Shown here in pieces: positions 1 to 9,801 of a DNA stretch of 64,000 bases. Every line of letters begins with the position of its first letter. Position 1 is the stretch's first letter. The translations under genes and the position numbers were made by a program. Location: the NCBI GenBank assembly GCA_902533755.1, contig CACANC010000002.1:10529-74528 (forward strand). Direction: 5' to 3'. The notes under the pieces are model-generated. The model was not told the origin of the DNA, made no database searches, and saw only the letters and a program-made list of their open reading frames with translations. The DNA comes from an uncultured PS1 clade bacterium. GTDB taxonomy: Bacteria; Pseudomonadota; Alphaproteobacteria; MED-G09.

Positions 1-751
1 TTTTTCCTGTTTCCTTAACCTTATAATAATCTGAAGGGCCAGATGTAGTATAAGTTGATTTCGTTAGAGTAAACTTCTTTTCAATTTTTTTTCTCATTTC
101 ATTAATGGAAAAAAATTGATCATAACGGTCGCTATCAATATCTCCTAAAGGCATAGTTTCAATTAAGCTGATATCCATTCCATTTATATGTGACCAATAA
201 ATTAACTCAGGAATTTCATTTATATTACTGCCTTTTAGAACAACCGTATTTATCTTTAATTTAAAATTATACTTCTTAGCCTCATCAATACCTCTTAAAA
301 CTTTTTTTAAGTTTTTCCTTCTAGTGATCTTTTCAAATTTTTCCTCATTTAGTGTATCGAGGGATATATTTATTCTATCAATTCCGGAGTTTTTTAGCTC
401 CTTACTATAATCTTCTAAAAGAGTGCCATTTGTTGTAAGTGTAATTTCATCAAGCATATTCATATTTTTGAAACTTTTAAGATTATTAATAAATTCTAAT
501 ATGCCTTTTCTTACAAGAGGTTCACCGCCTGTAATTCTTATTTTTTTAATGCCCCTTGCAATAAAATGCTCACATAATTCATACATTTCATCAAATGACA
601 AAATATCCTTTTTACTCATAAATTTCATTTTTTCAGGCATACAATATGTGCATCTTAAATTGCATCTATCAGTCACTGATATTCTTAGGTAATCAATTTT
701 TCTACCATAATTATCTATTAAAATATTATCTCTGCTAGGAATTTTTAACAT
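1..751 (-). CDS. moaA: GTP 3',8-cyclase MoaA (radical SAM, molybdenum cofactor biosynthesis); N-terminal ~250 aa, 3' end runs off the window
   Basis: Absent from the ORF track because it has no stop in the window. My reverse-complement translation from the ATG at 749-751 reads MLKIPSRDNILIDNYGRKIDYLRISVTDRCNLRCTYCMPEKM...IRITGGEPLVRKG...LTTNGTLL. This contains the CxxxCxxC radical-SAM motif in a MoaA-type N-terminus. Confidence 0.85.
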   Translation of the reverse strand, partial: MLKIPSRDNILIDNYGRKIDYLRISVTDRCNLRCTYCMPEKMKFMSKKDILSFDEMYELCEHFIARGIKKIRITGGEPLVRKGILEFINNLKSFKNMNMLDEITLTTNGTLLEDYSKELKNSGIDRINISLDTLNEEKFEKITRRKNLKKVLRGIDEAKKYNFKLKINTVVLKGSNINEIPELIYWSHINGMDISLIETMPLGDIDSDRYDQFFSINEMRKKIEKKFTLTKSTYTTSGPSDYYKVKETGK

Positions 752-869
752 AAATAATGTTATAATATAAAAAGATACTAATGTAGGATAAAATATAAAA
801 AATACAGATAACTGTAGTTATATTGACTATATGCAATATTCATGCCATTTATATAAAATAAGGTAAATT

Positions 870-2291
870 ATGGCAAAAATTTCTTTAGTTCAAAATATCA
901 AACAAAGTCAAAAAATGACTTTAACTCCTCAATTGCTTAAAGCAATCAAACTTTTAGAGTTAAATAATATTGATCTTGATAATTATCTTCAGGAAGAGAT
1001 CCTTGATAACCCACTTTTAGAAAAAGTAGGTGATAATGAGAGCTTAAAAGACAACATAAATGGCAATGATGAAAATTTATCTTCACAGAAGAAATTAGAG
1101 AGTTCACTCTCGCATAATGAAGACTCAGAAGGAAGCCCATCGTTTGACACAGCTAATCTTTATGAATCATCATCAAAATCAATAGATAATATTATTGAAG
1201 AAACAGTAGAATCTAAGAATAGTTTATATCAAATCATTACTGATCAAATAAATATATCTTTTCAAAATAAGATTGATAGATTGATTGCTCTATCAATACT
1301 TGAATTTATTGAACCTAATGGATATTTGAAAGTATCTACAAAAGAGCTTTCTATTGATTTAAATATTGACTTACTTCGCATTGAAAAAATTCTAAAGGTT
1401 TTGAAGTCATTTGAGCCATTAGGTATTTTTTCAAATGATCTTGAAGAATTTTTAACTCTACAACTAAAATCACAAAATTTATTAGATAGTGATTTAAAGC
1501 TTCTATCAAAAAACTTATCGATTCTTGCTAATGAGAATATTTTTTCAATATCAAAGAAACTTAAAATTGATATAGAAAAATTAAAAGATAGTTTAGATAT
1601 GTTAAAAAGATGCAGTCCTGCCCCCATTGATACAGATAGTGATTTAATTTCGCACATTAATTCTCCTGATATTATTGTAGAAAAAGATAAGAATGAATGG
1701 ATTGTATCTCTTAATGAAGAAACTTTACCTAAAGTAATTGTCTTAACTGGGTATTGGGAAGAATTATCAAGAAAAAAATTATCAAAAGAAGATAAAAAGT
1801 ATTTGTCTGCAAATTTTCTAGCTGGCAAGGGATTAGTCAAAGCTCTAGAACAACGAGCTTCAACTATCTTAAAGGTTGCAAAAGAAATTATTAAGAAGCA
1901 AGAAAAGTTTCTTAATAACGGTGTTATGAGCTTGAGACCTTTAAAGTTAAAGGATATTGCAGATGAACTCGATATTCATGAGAGCACAGTATCAAGAATA
2001 ACTAATTCTAAAACTATTTATACGCCTAGAGGTACTTATGATTTGAAATTCTTTTTTTCTAAATCTCTTAACACATTATCTGATGATGACGGATTGTCTT
2101 CAAAGGTTGTAAAAGAAAAAATTATTCAACTAATTAATAATGAAGAAAAAGTATTATCAGATAATAAATTATCGAAATTACTAAAGGAAGAAGGTATTGA
2201 TGTTGCTAGAAGAACTGTTACTAAATACAGAGAAGAAATGACGCTTCCTCCATCTCATCAAAGGAAAAGATTGAAACATTTAGCTGTTTAA
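870..2291 (+). CDS. rpoN: RNA polymerase sigma-54 factor
   Basis: 473-aa ORF. Region I is LTPQLLKAIKLLELNNIDLDNYLQEEILDNPLLE, followed by an acidic region II. The C-terminus carries an HTH (IHESTVSRITNSK) and the RpoN box ARRTVTKYRE. Confidence 0.95.
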   Translation: MAKISLVQNIKQSQKMTLTPQLLKAIKLLELNNIDLDNYLQEEILDNPLLEKVGDNESLKDNINGNDENLSSQKKLESSLSHNEDSEGSPSFDTANLYESSSKSIDNIIEETVESKNSLYQIITDQINISFQNKIDRLIALSILEFIEPNGYLKVSTKELSIDLNIDLLRIEKILKVLKSFEPLGIFSNDLEEFLTLQLKSQNLLDSDLKLLSKNLSILANENIFSISKKLKIDIEKLKDSLDMLKRCSPAPIDTDSDLISHINSPDIIVEKDKNEWIVSLNEETLPKVIVLTGYWEELSRKKLSKEDKKYLSANFLAGKGLVKALEQRASTILKVAKEIIKKQEKFLNNGVMSLRPLKLKDIADELDIHESTVSRITNSKTIYTPRGTYDLKFFFSKSLNTLSDDDGLSSKVVKEKIIQLINNEEKVLSDNKLSKLLKEEGIDVARRTVTKYREEMTLPPSHQRKRLKHLAV

Positions 2292-3493
2292 GTTTTGATA
2301 ATCTTTTTACTTTCCAGTTTATCTATTGCGGTCTTATCATAATCTAACTCTTCAAGAATTTGTCTTGTGTGTTCTCCAATTTCAGGGGCGGTTTGAGGTT
2401 TTTTTTTCTTTTCATTTTTCATAAAAATTGGACTATCAACAGTTAATAGATCTTCTTTATCAGTGAACTTAGTAAAAAATAAGTTATCGGCTATTTGTTG
2501 ATCATTAATATGATCATACGGCTCAGAGATTGCCCCAAATGTTACACCGGATTTTTCAAAAAGTTCTTTAAGTTGCTCCCAACCTTTTGAAAGAAATTCT
2601 TCTTCTAAAATTTTCATTAATTCCAAAGAATTTTTTGCTCGGCCTTCTCTTGTATTAAAACGTATATCATGATTAACATCTTCTCGTTTTAAACATTTAA
2701 GTAAAAGAGGCCATTCTCTCTCTTCATTTAACATTACTAGAATAAACCATCTGCCGTCCTTACATTTATATTTTTCTGCCAAAGCTCCTTTTGTTCCTCT
2801 TCCAGTATTTTCTACAAAATTTGCACCACATAATGCTGCTTGATTATATATGCCATTTGACCAGAGCCCGTTAGCCATTAAAGATGAAGAAACTTCTGAG
2901 CCTTCACCAGTTATCTCTCTTTTATATAGTGCCATCATTATTGCCCCAAAGAGCGCTGAGGCAGTAGGGTGATCTCCCATTCCTGGCGTTGATGAACTTG
3001 GTTCTGAATTTGAGTTATTTCTAACTGCGTGCATTAGCCCTGACCTTGCCCACCATGCAGTTGCATCATATCCTGTCTTATCCTTTTCATCGCCTTTTTC
3101 GCCATATGGAGATAAAGATGCATATATTAGTTTTTTATTTTCTTCTAATATATCCTCAGAGTTTATTTTTAATTTAGCCCTAATTGGGAATGGATAATTA
3201 GTTATAAATATATCTGATTTTTTTATTAATTTATGAAGAATGATATGAGCTTCTTTGAATTTAAGGTCTAACGCTAAGCTTTCTTTATTTCGACTCGTTA
3301 ATATCCATGGATAGTTTTCACTGCTTTCCGGTAAACCTGGTAAACGAAGTAAACTTCTGTAAGAATCTCCAATATCCGGGGATTCTATTTTGATTACTCT
3401 AGCACCAAAATCAGACATTATTGTAGCCGCTGCAGGACCAGCTATATAGCTAGCACAATCAATAACTGTAATTTTTTCTAATAAGTGGTCCAT
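2288..3493 (-). CDS. Family III (CaiB/BaiF) CoA-transferase, substrate unknown
   Basis: 401-aa ORF. The N-terminus ITVIDCASYIAGPAAATIMSDFGARVIKIE is the hallmark start of family III CoA-transferases. Its stop overlaps the rpoN stop. Confidence 0.85.
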   Translation of the reverse strand: MDHLLEKITVIDCASYIAGPAAATIMSDFGARVIKIESPDIGDSYRSLLRLPGLPESSENYPWILTSRNKESLALDLKFKEAHIILHKLIKKSDIFITNYPFPIRAKLKINSEDILEENKKLIYASLSPYGEKGDEKDKTGYDATAWWARSGLMHAVRNNSNSEPSSSTPGMGDHPTASALFGAIMMALYKREITGEGSEVSSSLMANGLWSNGIYNQAALCGANFVENTGRGTKGALAEKYKCKDGRWFILVMLNEEREWPLLLKCLKREDVNHDIRFNTREGRAKNSLELMKILEEEFLSKGWEQLKELFEKSGVTFGAISEPYDHINDQQIADNLFFTKFTDKEDLLTVDSPIFMKNEKKKKPQTAPEIGEHTRQILEELDYDKTAIDKLESKKIIKT

Positions 3494-3575
3494 TTATTTT
3501 GAATAAATGATAAATTTTTTTTACAATTTATGCAATTAAACCTTTATAAAGGCCTTTATTCATTAAGAGAAAGAA

Positions 3576-4949
3576 ATGACTGATAAAATTAAACCAAATT
3601 CATATGCGGCCTTAGATGCTGCGCATCATTTTCATCCTTATTCTAATGCTAAAAGAATTGAAAATCAGGGACCAATGGTTATTGCAAAAGGTAAGGGAAT
3701 AAAGGTTTGGGATGATCAAGGTAACGAATACATTGAAGCTATGGCAGGCTTATGGTCAGTAGCAGTTGGATTTGGCGAAGAAAGACTTGTAGAGGCAGCA
3801 AAGAAGCAACTTGAAACATTACCTTATTATCATTCATTTACTCATAAATCTCATCCCGCAGTTGCTCAGCTTTCGCAAAAATTAACTGAAATTGTTGGTT
3901 TGAATATGACTCATGCTCATTATACAAATTCTGGATCTGAAGCAAATGACTCTGCTATGAAAATGATATGGTATTACAATAACGCCTTGAATAGACCTGA
4001 AAAGAAAAAAATTATATCAAGATTTAAGGCTTATCATGGAATAACAATAGCATCAGGAAGTCTTACTGGCATTCCTTTGATGCATAATGATTTTGATTTA
4101 CCAATTAAACAGGTTCTGCATACTAGATGTCCTCATTATTGGAGAGAGGGTCAAGAGGGCGAAACTGAAGAAGAGTTTGCTACTAGATGTGCAAATGAAC
4201 TAGAGGATCTAATTATTAAAGAGGGTCCAGAGACTGTTGCAGCTTTTTTTGGTGAACCTGTAATGGGTGCTGGAGGATTAATTGTACCTCCAAAAACATA
4301 TTGGAAGAAGATTCAAGAAGTATGCAAGAAATACGATATTTTGATTGTCGCAGATGAAGTTATTAATGGTTTTGGTAGAACCGGAAAAAGATTCGCTTGT
4401 GAACTTTATGGCATAGAGCCGGATCTAATAATTTTATCAAAACAAATTACATCAAATTATATACCAATGGGTGTAGTTCTGATGACAGATAGAATATATG
4501 AACCTATTGCTGAAAATACTGTTAAAAACAATCTTTATGGAAGTGGGTTTACTTCCGCCGGACATCCTGTTGCATGTGCAGTTGCCCTTGAAAACATTAA
4601 AATCCTTGAAGAAGAAGGTCTTATGGAAAGAGTTTCATCTTTAGAACCAGTTTTTCAAGAAAGACTAAAAAATCTAGAAAAAAAGGAATTAGTTGGAGAA
4701 GCAAGAGGTGTAGGTTTAATGGGCGCAGTAGAATTAGTAAAAGATAAAGAAACTTCTGCTCCTTTTGATCCTATAGGAAGTGCAGGTCCTGTTTTAGCTG
4801 AAGTTGGCCACAGTGAAGGTATAATTTTGAGAGCTATTGGGGATGTGTTAGCTGTTTGTCCGCCTCTAATTATAAAAGAAAATGAAATTCATGAGTTGTT
4901 TGATAGATTTGAAAATACTCTTGATAAAGGACTTCAGGCAGTTAAATAA
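3576..4949 (+). CDS. Class-III PLP aminotransferase (omega-amino acid / beta-alanine:pyruvate transaminase type)
   Basis: 457-aa ORF with motifs TNSGSEANDSAMK and ADEVINGFGRTG, and a PLP-lysine context ILSKQITS. Substrate is inferred from family and neighbourhood only. Confidence 0.85.
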   Translation: MTDKIKPNSYAALDAAHHFHPYSNAKRIENQGPMVIAKGKGIKVWDDQGNEYIEAMAGLWSVAVGFGEERLVEAAKKQLETLPYYHSFTHKSHPAVAQLSQKLTEIVGLNMTHAHYTNSGSEANDSAMKMIWYYNNALNRPEKKKIISRFKAYHGITIASGSLTGIPLMHNDFDLPIKQVLHTRCPHYWREGQEGETEEEFATRCANELEDLIIKEGPETVAAFFGEPVMGAGGLIVPPKTYWKKIQEVCKKYDILIVADEVINGFGRTGKRFACELYGIEPDLIILSKQITSNYIPMGVVLMTDRIYEPIAENTVKNNLYGSGFTSAGHPVACAVALENIKILEEEGLMERVSSLEPVFQERLKNLEKKELVGEARGVGLMGAVELVKDKETSAPFDPIGSAGPVLAEVGHSEGIILRAIGDVLAVCPPLIIKENEIHELFDRFENTLDKGLQAVK

Positions 4950-5912
4950 TTAAAAAACTTCAAGAATAATTTTTCCAATATTGTTATTATTTTCCATTAT
5001 TTTATGTGCTTGATCTGCTTCTCTAATAGGTAATTTTTTATAAATGATAGGTTTGATTATTTTTTTTTCGAAATGATCCCAAATATTTTCATATAATGCT
5101 TTCATCACTTTACCTTTTACCTCAATTGATCTTGATCTAATTGTCGATCCAATAATTTTTTGTCTTTTCATTAATAGATGGCCAATATTTATCTTTCCAT
5201 TAACTCCGCCTAAAATTCCAATAATTATTAATCTTCCATCAATAGCTAAATTATTTAAGTTTTCTTCAAAATAATTTGCGCCAACAGGATCAAGTATAAT
5301 ATCTAATCCAGAGGGGCAATGGTCTTTAAAACTTTTAAATGAATTTTCTAATCTAACATTGCCAGCACTAGAACCAAGATCTATACAGAATTCAACTTTT
5401 TCTTCACTTCCAGCGGTTATATATGACTCACATTGAAAAATATTACAAAGTTGAATTCCTGCAGTTCCTATTCCACTGGCTCCAGCATGAAATAAAACTT
5501 TCTCACCCTTTTTTAAATTACCTTCCATAAATAAATTCAGCCAACAAGTCGCAAAAACTTCGGGTATAGCCGCACCATCGCTTAAGTTTATATTTTTAGG
5601 AAGAGGAAGAGTTTGAATTTCGGGACATGAAACATACTCTGCATATCCGCCTCCAGAAAGTAATGCAACAACCTCATCACCTACTTTTCTATTAACAACA
5701 TTCCTACCAATTTCTTGAATGATCCCACTGCATTCAAGTCCAAGAATTTCACTTGCTCCAGGAGGTGCAGGGTATAGTCCTGCTCTTTGGGCAAGGTCTG
5801 CTCTATTAACAGCAGTTGATTTAACTTTAATGATGACTTCATTATCTTTGCAATCTGGATCCTCGTTGTCCATCCAGTTGAGTTTTTTGTCAGCTATTAC
5901 TATTGCTTTCAT
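4950..5912 (-). CDS. NAD(P)H:quinone oxidoreductase (MDR superfamily, PIG3/Qor type)
   Basis: 320-aa ORF. The N-terminus is AVNRADLAQRAGLYPAPPGASEILGLECSG and the nucleotide motif is HAGASGIGTAGIQL. I saw no structural-zinc Cys cluster. Confidence 0.8.
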   Translation of the reverse strand: MKAIVIADKKLNWMDNEDPDCKDNEVIIKVKSTAVNRADLAQRAGLYPAPPGASEILGLECSGIIQEIGRNVVNRKVGDEVVALLSGGGYAEYVSCPEIQTLPLPKNINLSDGAAIPEVFATCWLNLFMEGNLKKGEKVLFHAGASGIGTAGIQLCNIFQCESYITAGSEEKVEFCIDLGSSAGNVRLENSFKSFKDHCPSGLDIILDPVGANYFEENLNNLAIDGRLIIIGILGGVNGKINIGHLLMKRQKIIGSTIRSRSIEVKGKVMKALYENIWDHFEKKIIKPIIYKKLPIREADQAHKIMENNNNIGKIILEVF

Positions 5913-5916
5913 GAAT

Positions 5917-7857
5917 TTATTTATTTTGTCTATTTTCTATTAATTCATCGACTACCATCGGTTCGGCTAGCGTTGATGTATCACCTAATTCTGAATAGTT
6001 ATTTTCAGCGATTTTTCTTAAGATACGGCGCATGATTTTTCCTGATCTTGTTTTAGGTAAATTTGGTGCAAATTGAATCAAATCTGGGCTAGCTATTGGA
6101 CCAATTTCTTTTCTAACCCAGTTTATTAACTCTTTTCTAATTTCTTCGTTACCGCTTTCTCCGGCATTAAGTGTTACATACGCATAAATTCCTTGACCTT
6201 TAATTTCATGAGGAAAGCCTACAACAGCGGCTTCAGATACTTTTTCATGAGAAACTAGGGCGCTTTCTACTTCAGCTGTCCCCATTCTATGACCAGAAAC
6301 ATTTATAACATCATCCACTCTTCCAGTTATCCAATAATAGCCGTCTTCGTCTCTTTTACATCCATCCCCAGTGAAATAGTAACCATCATATTGACTAAAG
6401 TAAGTTTCAATAAACCTTTTATGATCCCCATAAACAGTTCGCATTTGTCCAGGCCAACTATCGGCTATACATAAATTTCCTTCATTTTCACCTTCTAAGA
6501 TATTTCCTTCAGAGTCTAGGAGGACAGGCCTTACACCTGGTAGAGGTTTTGAAGCTGATCCTGGTTTTAAATCTGTAGCACCAGGTAAGGGCGAGATTAA
6601 TGTTGCCCCAGTTTCTGTTTGCCACCAAGTATCAACTATTGGGCAATTTTTTTCTCCCACTATATTAAAATACCACATCCAAGCTTCTGGATTAATTGGC
6701 TCTCCAACAGTGCCAAGTAATCGTATACTTTTTCTACTAGTTGATTTGACTGGTGCATCCCCCTCCTTCATAAGAGCTCTTATTGCTGTTGGAGCAGTAT
6801 AAAAAATATTAACGCTATGTTTATCGCATATTTCCCAAAATCTTGAATTTGATGGATAATTTGGTACTCCTTCAAACATTAAGGTCGTGGCTCCATTAGC
6901 TAGAGGTCCATAAACTATATAAGAATGTCCAGTTACCCAACCAACATCAGCTGTGCACCAATAAATATCATTATCACGATAATCAAAAATTATTTCATGG
7001 GTATATGATGCATAGACTATATAACCACCGGTTGTATGAAGAACACCTTTGGGCTTACCTGTTGAACCGCTAGTATAAAGAATAAAAAGTGGATCTTCTG
7101 CATTCATTTCTTCAGGAGGACATTCATCACCAACAAGTTCAGCTGCCTCATGATACCAAACATCTCTATCTTCTTTCATTTCAATGTCTCCACCAGTTCT
7201 TTTAACAACAAAGACATTTTTTATATCTGGGCATTGTTCAAGAGCTTTATCCGAATTAGCTTTTAATGGTACAATTTTACCACCCCTTATTCCCTCATCA
7301 GCAGTTACTAAGAATTTAGAATCACAGTCAAGTATTCTGCCAGCAAGTGCATCAGGAGAAAAACCTCCAAAAACAACAGAGTGAATTGCTCCAATTCTTG
7401 AACAAGCTAACATTGCGTATGCAGCTTCAGGTATCATTGGCATATATATTGTAACTCTGTCACCTTTTTGAACACCAAAGTGCTTCATAATATTTGCAAA
7501 TTTAGAAACTTTTTTGTGTAACTCTTTATATGTAATTTTTTTTGACTCATTTGGATCATCGCCTTCCCAAATGATCGCAATTTGATCAGATTTATCCAAT
7601 AAGTGTCTATCGATACAATTATAGCTTGCATTCAAGGTTCCATCATAAAACCATTTAATATTTACATCCTTATTGGACCATGTAACATCTTTGACCTTAG
7701 TATAAGGGTTTATCCAGTTTATTCTTTTTCCTTCTTTTTCCCAAAAGGACTCAGGATTATCCAAAGCAAATTTATAAGCTTCTTCATATTTATCTTTAGT
7801 TAAATGAGCGCTATCTTTAAAATTTTCAAATACTGGTATTTTGATATTATTGGACAT
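5917..7857 (-). CDS. acs: Acetyl-CoA synthetase (AMP-forming)
   Basis: Motifs: [11 protein letters not shown]...[18 protein letters not shown], the AMP motif [18 protein letters not shown], and the C-terminal [12 protein letters not shown] moved the start to the ATG at 7857 (MSNNIK). The ORF-track start at 7878 would overlap mmsB by 14 nt. Confidence 0.9.
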   Translation of the reverse strand: MSNNIKIPVFENFKDSAHLTKDKYEEAYKFALDNPESFWEKEGKRINWINPYTKVKDVTWSNKDVNIKWFYDGTLNASYNCIDRHLLDKSDQIAIIWEGDDPNESKKITYKELHKKVSKFANIMKHFGVQKGDRVTIYMPMIPEAAYAMLACSRIGAIHSVVFGGFSPDALAGRILDCDSKFLVTADEGIRGGKIVPLKANSDKALEQCPDIKNVFVVKRTGGDIEMKEDRDVWYHEAAELVGDECPPEEMNAEDPLFILYTSGSTGKPKGVLHTTGGYIVYASYTHEIIFDYRDNDIYWCTADVGWVTGHSYIVYGPLANGATTLMFEGVPNYPSNSRFWEICDKHSVNIFYTAPTAIRALMKEGDAPVKSTSRKSIRLLGTVGEPINPEAWMWYFNIVGEKNCPIVDTWWQTETGATLISPLPGATDLKPGSASKPLPGVRPVLLDSEGNILEGENEGNLCIADSWPGQMRTVYGDHKRFIETYFSQYDGYYFTGDGCKRDEDGYYWITGRVDDVINVSGHRMGTAEVESALVSHEKVSEAAVVGFPHEIKGQGIYAYVTLNAGESGNEEIRKELINWVRKEIGPIASPDLIQFAPNLPKTRSGKIMRRILRKIAENNYSELGDTSTLAEPMVVDELIENRQNK

Positions 7858-7864
7858 TTTAAAA

Positions 7865-8755
7865 TTATAGTTCTTCATTCAGTAATTTAATTACACCTGA
7901 GAAATCTAAATTATCAGTTCCATTCTTTTCCATTTCTTCATAAATAGCAGTAGCCTTTTCGCCTAAAGGCGTTCTTGAGTTTGAAAAAGAAGATGCTTCT
8001 TGTGATAATCTAAGATCTTTCAACATCAATGCAGCAGAAAATCCAGGTTTATAGTCATTATTTGCCGGGCTAGTTGGAACTGGGCCAGGAACAGGACAAT
8101 AGCTTGTCATCGACCAGCATTGACCTGATGCTGTAGAGGCAATATCGAAAAAAGTAGATGCATCTAAACCCAAATTTTTTGCAAGATTAAATGCTTCAGA
8201 AGTTCCAATCATTGATATTGCTAAAAGCATATTATTGGCTATTTTTGCTACCTGCCCATTTCCTGCTTGACCGGCATGTATAACATTTCCGCCCATAATA
8301 TCTAAAAATTCTTTTGCCTTATTAAATGCATCAATATCTCCACCAACCATAAAAGTTAGTGTTCCTGCTTCTGCACCAGTAACGCCTCCAGAAACAGGTG
8401 CATCAAGCATTTTTAGATTATTTTCGTTTGCATCTTTTTCAACTTCACGGGAAGTCTCAACATCTATTGTAGATGAATCAATTAGGAGTAAATTATTATC
8501 AGCATTATTTATAATTCCATCATCGCCCATATAAATTTTTTTTACATGATTTCCTGAAGGAAGCATTGTTATTGCTGTATCAGATTTTTTTAATGCATAA
8601 GGTATATTTTCCTCTTTATTTCCACCTGCAGCAATAAATTGATTCATTTGCTCCTCAGACAGATCGAAGCCATAAACTGTGTGTCCAGCCTTAATCAGGT
8701 TTTTTGCCATAGGAAGCCCCATGTTTCCCAAACCTATAAAAGTTATATTTGCCAT
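7865..8755 (-). CDS. mmsB: 3-hydroxyisobutyrate dehydrogenase
   Basis: 296-aa ORF with N-terminal NAD motif [17 protein letters not shown] and beta-hydroxyacid dehydrogenase family length. It sits directly downstream of HIBCH and ACAD genes. Confidence 0.85.
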   Translation of the reverse strand: MANITFIGLGNMGLPMAKNLIKAGHTVYGFDLSEEQMNQFIAAGGNKEENIPYALKKSDTAITMLPSGNHVKKIYMGDDGIINNADNNLLLIDSSTIDVETSREVEKDANENNLKMLDAPVSGGVTGAEAGTLTFMVGGDIDAFNKAKEFLDIMGGNVIHAGQAGNGQVAKIANNMLLAISMIGTSEAFNLAKNLGLDASTFFDIASTASGQCWSMTSYCPVPGPVPTSPANNDYKPGFSAALMLKDLRLSQEASSFSNSRTPLGEKATAIYEEMEKNGTDNLDFSGVIKLLNEEL

Positions 8756-8757
8756 CT

Positions 8758-9801
8758 TTACCTCGTATTAAAATTTAACTCATTACTTTCTAAATTCTTG
8801 AAAAATTCATCTATACTTTCATCTGAAATTTCATCAATATTTCCTGGCTTCCATAAAGGTTTATTGTCTTTATCTATTATGAGAGCTCTCACACCTTCAT
8901 AAAAGTCATGATCAGACATTACTTTTGAAACCATTCTATATTCCATTCTCATGCAATCTTCAAAATCTAATTCTGCTCCATTTTTTATTTGTCTAAAAGT
9001 AATTTTAAGAGATGTTGGTGATTTAGATTTTAGTAAGCTAAGATTTTTTTGAGCAAAATCAGATTGATCACTCTCTAATTTATTAATAATTTCTTCAAGA
9101 CTATCTCCAGAAAAAAGTTTATTAATTTCTTCAAAATTATTTTTAAGATCTGAGTTAATCTTATTAGAATGAAATGATGAAAGAATTTCAGTTGGCGAAG
9201 AGCCTTCAGATAATTTATTAAATATTTTGTCATAATTTTCTGACTCTATGTAATATTCTGCAATACCCAGTTCAATCGCATCAGATGATTTAATGCGACT
9301 TCCTGTTAAAGCTAGATACATACCAACATTATTTTTTAATCTAGATAGAAAAAAACTTCCTCCAACATCTGGAAATAGTCCAATCCCTGTTTCAGGCATT
9401 GCAAATGAGTAATTTTCTCCAGCTACTCTAAAAGCACCGTGCACCGAAACACCAACGCCTCCACCCATCACAATACCATTAACAAATGATGCATATGGCT
9501 TAGAGTATGATTTTATTAGTTGATTGAGTTGGTATTCTTCATAATAAAAACCAGTAGCTTTTTTATCATTGTTTTTTCCCCAATCATAAAGTGCCCTTAT
9601 GTCTCCGCCAGCACAAAATGCTCTATCACCGACCGCGGTGACTACTACAGTTTTGATTTCATCATCATTCTCCCAAATTTTAAGTTTTGGATGAATTTCC
9701 CTGACCATTTTTAATGTTAATGCGTTTAATGCGTCTGGCCTATTAAGTGTAATAAGACCTAAAGAACCTTTTTTTTCAAAAAAGACTTCTTCAACGCTCA
9801 T
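8758..9801 (-). CDS. 3-hydroxyisobutyryl-CoA hydrolase (crotonase superfamily, ECH_2 type)
   Basis: 347-aa ORF with the crotonase core ITLNRPDALNAL...AFCAGGDIRAL. It has the long C-terminal extension typical of HIBCH rather than of a ~260-aa enoyl-CoA hydratase. Confidence 0.8.
   Translation of the reverse strand: MSVEEVFFEKKGSLGLITLNRPDALNALTLKMVREIHPKLKIWENDDEIKTVVVTAVGDRAFCAGGDIRALYDWGKNNDKKATGFYYEEYQLNQLIKSYSKPYASFVNGIVMGGGVGVSVHGAFRVAGENYSFAMPETGIGLFPDVGGSFFLSRLKNNVGMYLALTGSRIKSSDAIELGIAEYYIESENYDKIFNKLSEGSSPTEILSSFHSNKINSDLKNNFEEINKLFSGDSLEEIINKLESDQSDFAQKNLSLLKSKSPTSLKITFRQIKNGAELDFEDCMRMEYRMVSKVMSDHDFYEGVRALIIDKDNKPLWKPGNIDEISDESIDEFFKNLESNELNFNTR

Noticed and set aside
423-692. 89-aa ORF on the plus strand from the track
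   Set aside because: It lies entirely antisense to the well-supported moaA coding sequence. Its composition is hydrophobic and low-complexity, as expected for an AT-rich antisense frame.
752-869. Possible Moco riboswitch upstream of moaA, or defined sigma-70 promoters in the moaA/rpoN spacer
   Set aside because: The spacer is only 118 nt, almost pure A/T, and lacks the GC-paired helices of a Moco riboswitch. The TTGACT at 824-829 has no properly spaced -10 element, so I do not call a promoter.
1262-1840. 192-aa minus-strand ORF (and 946-1140) inside rpoN
   Set aside because: It is antisense to rpoN. It has no RBS or recognisable domain, and its Ser/Phe/Ile/Lys-rich composition is typical of spurious frames in AT-rich DNA.
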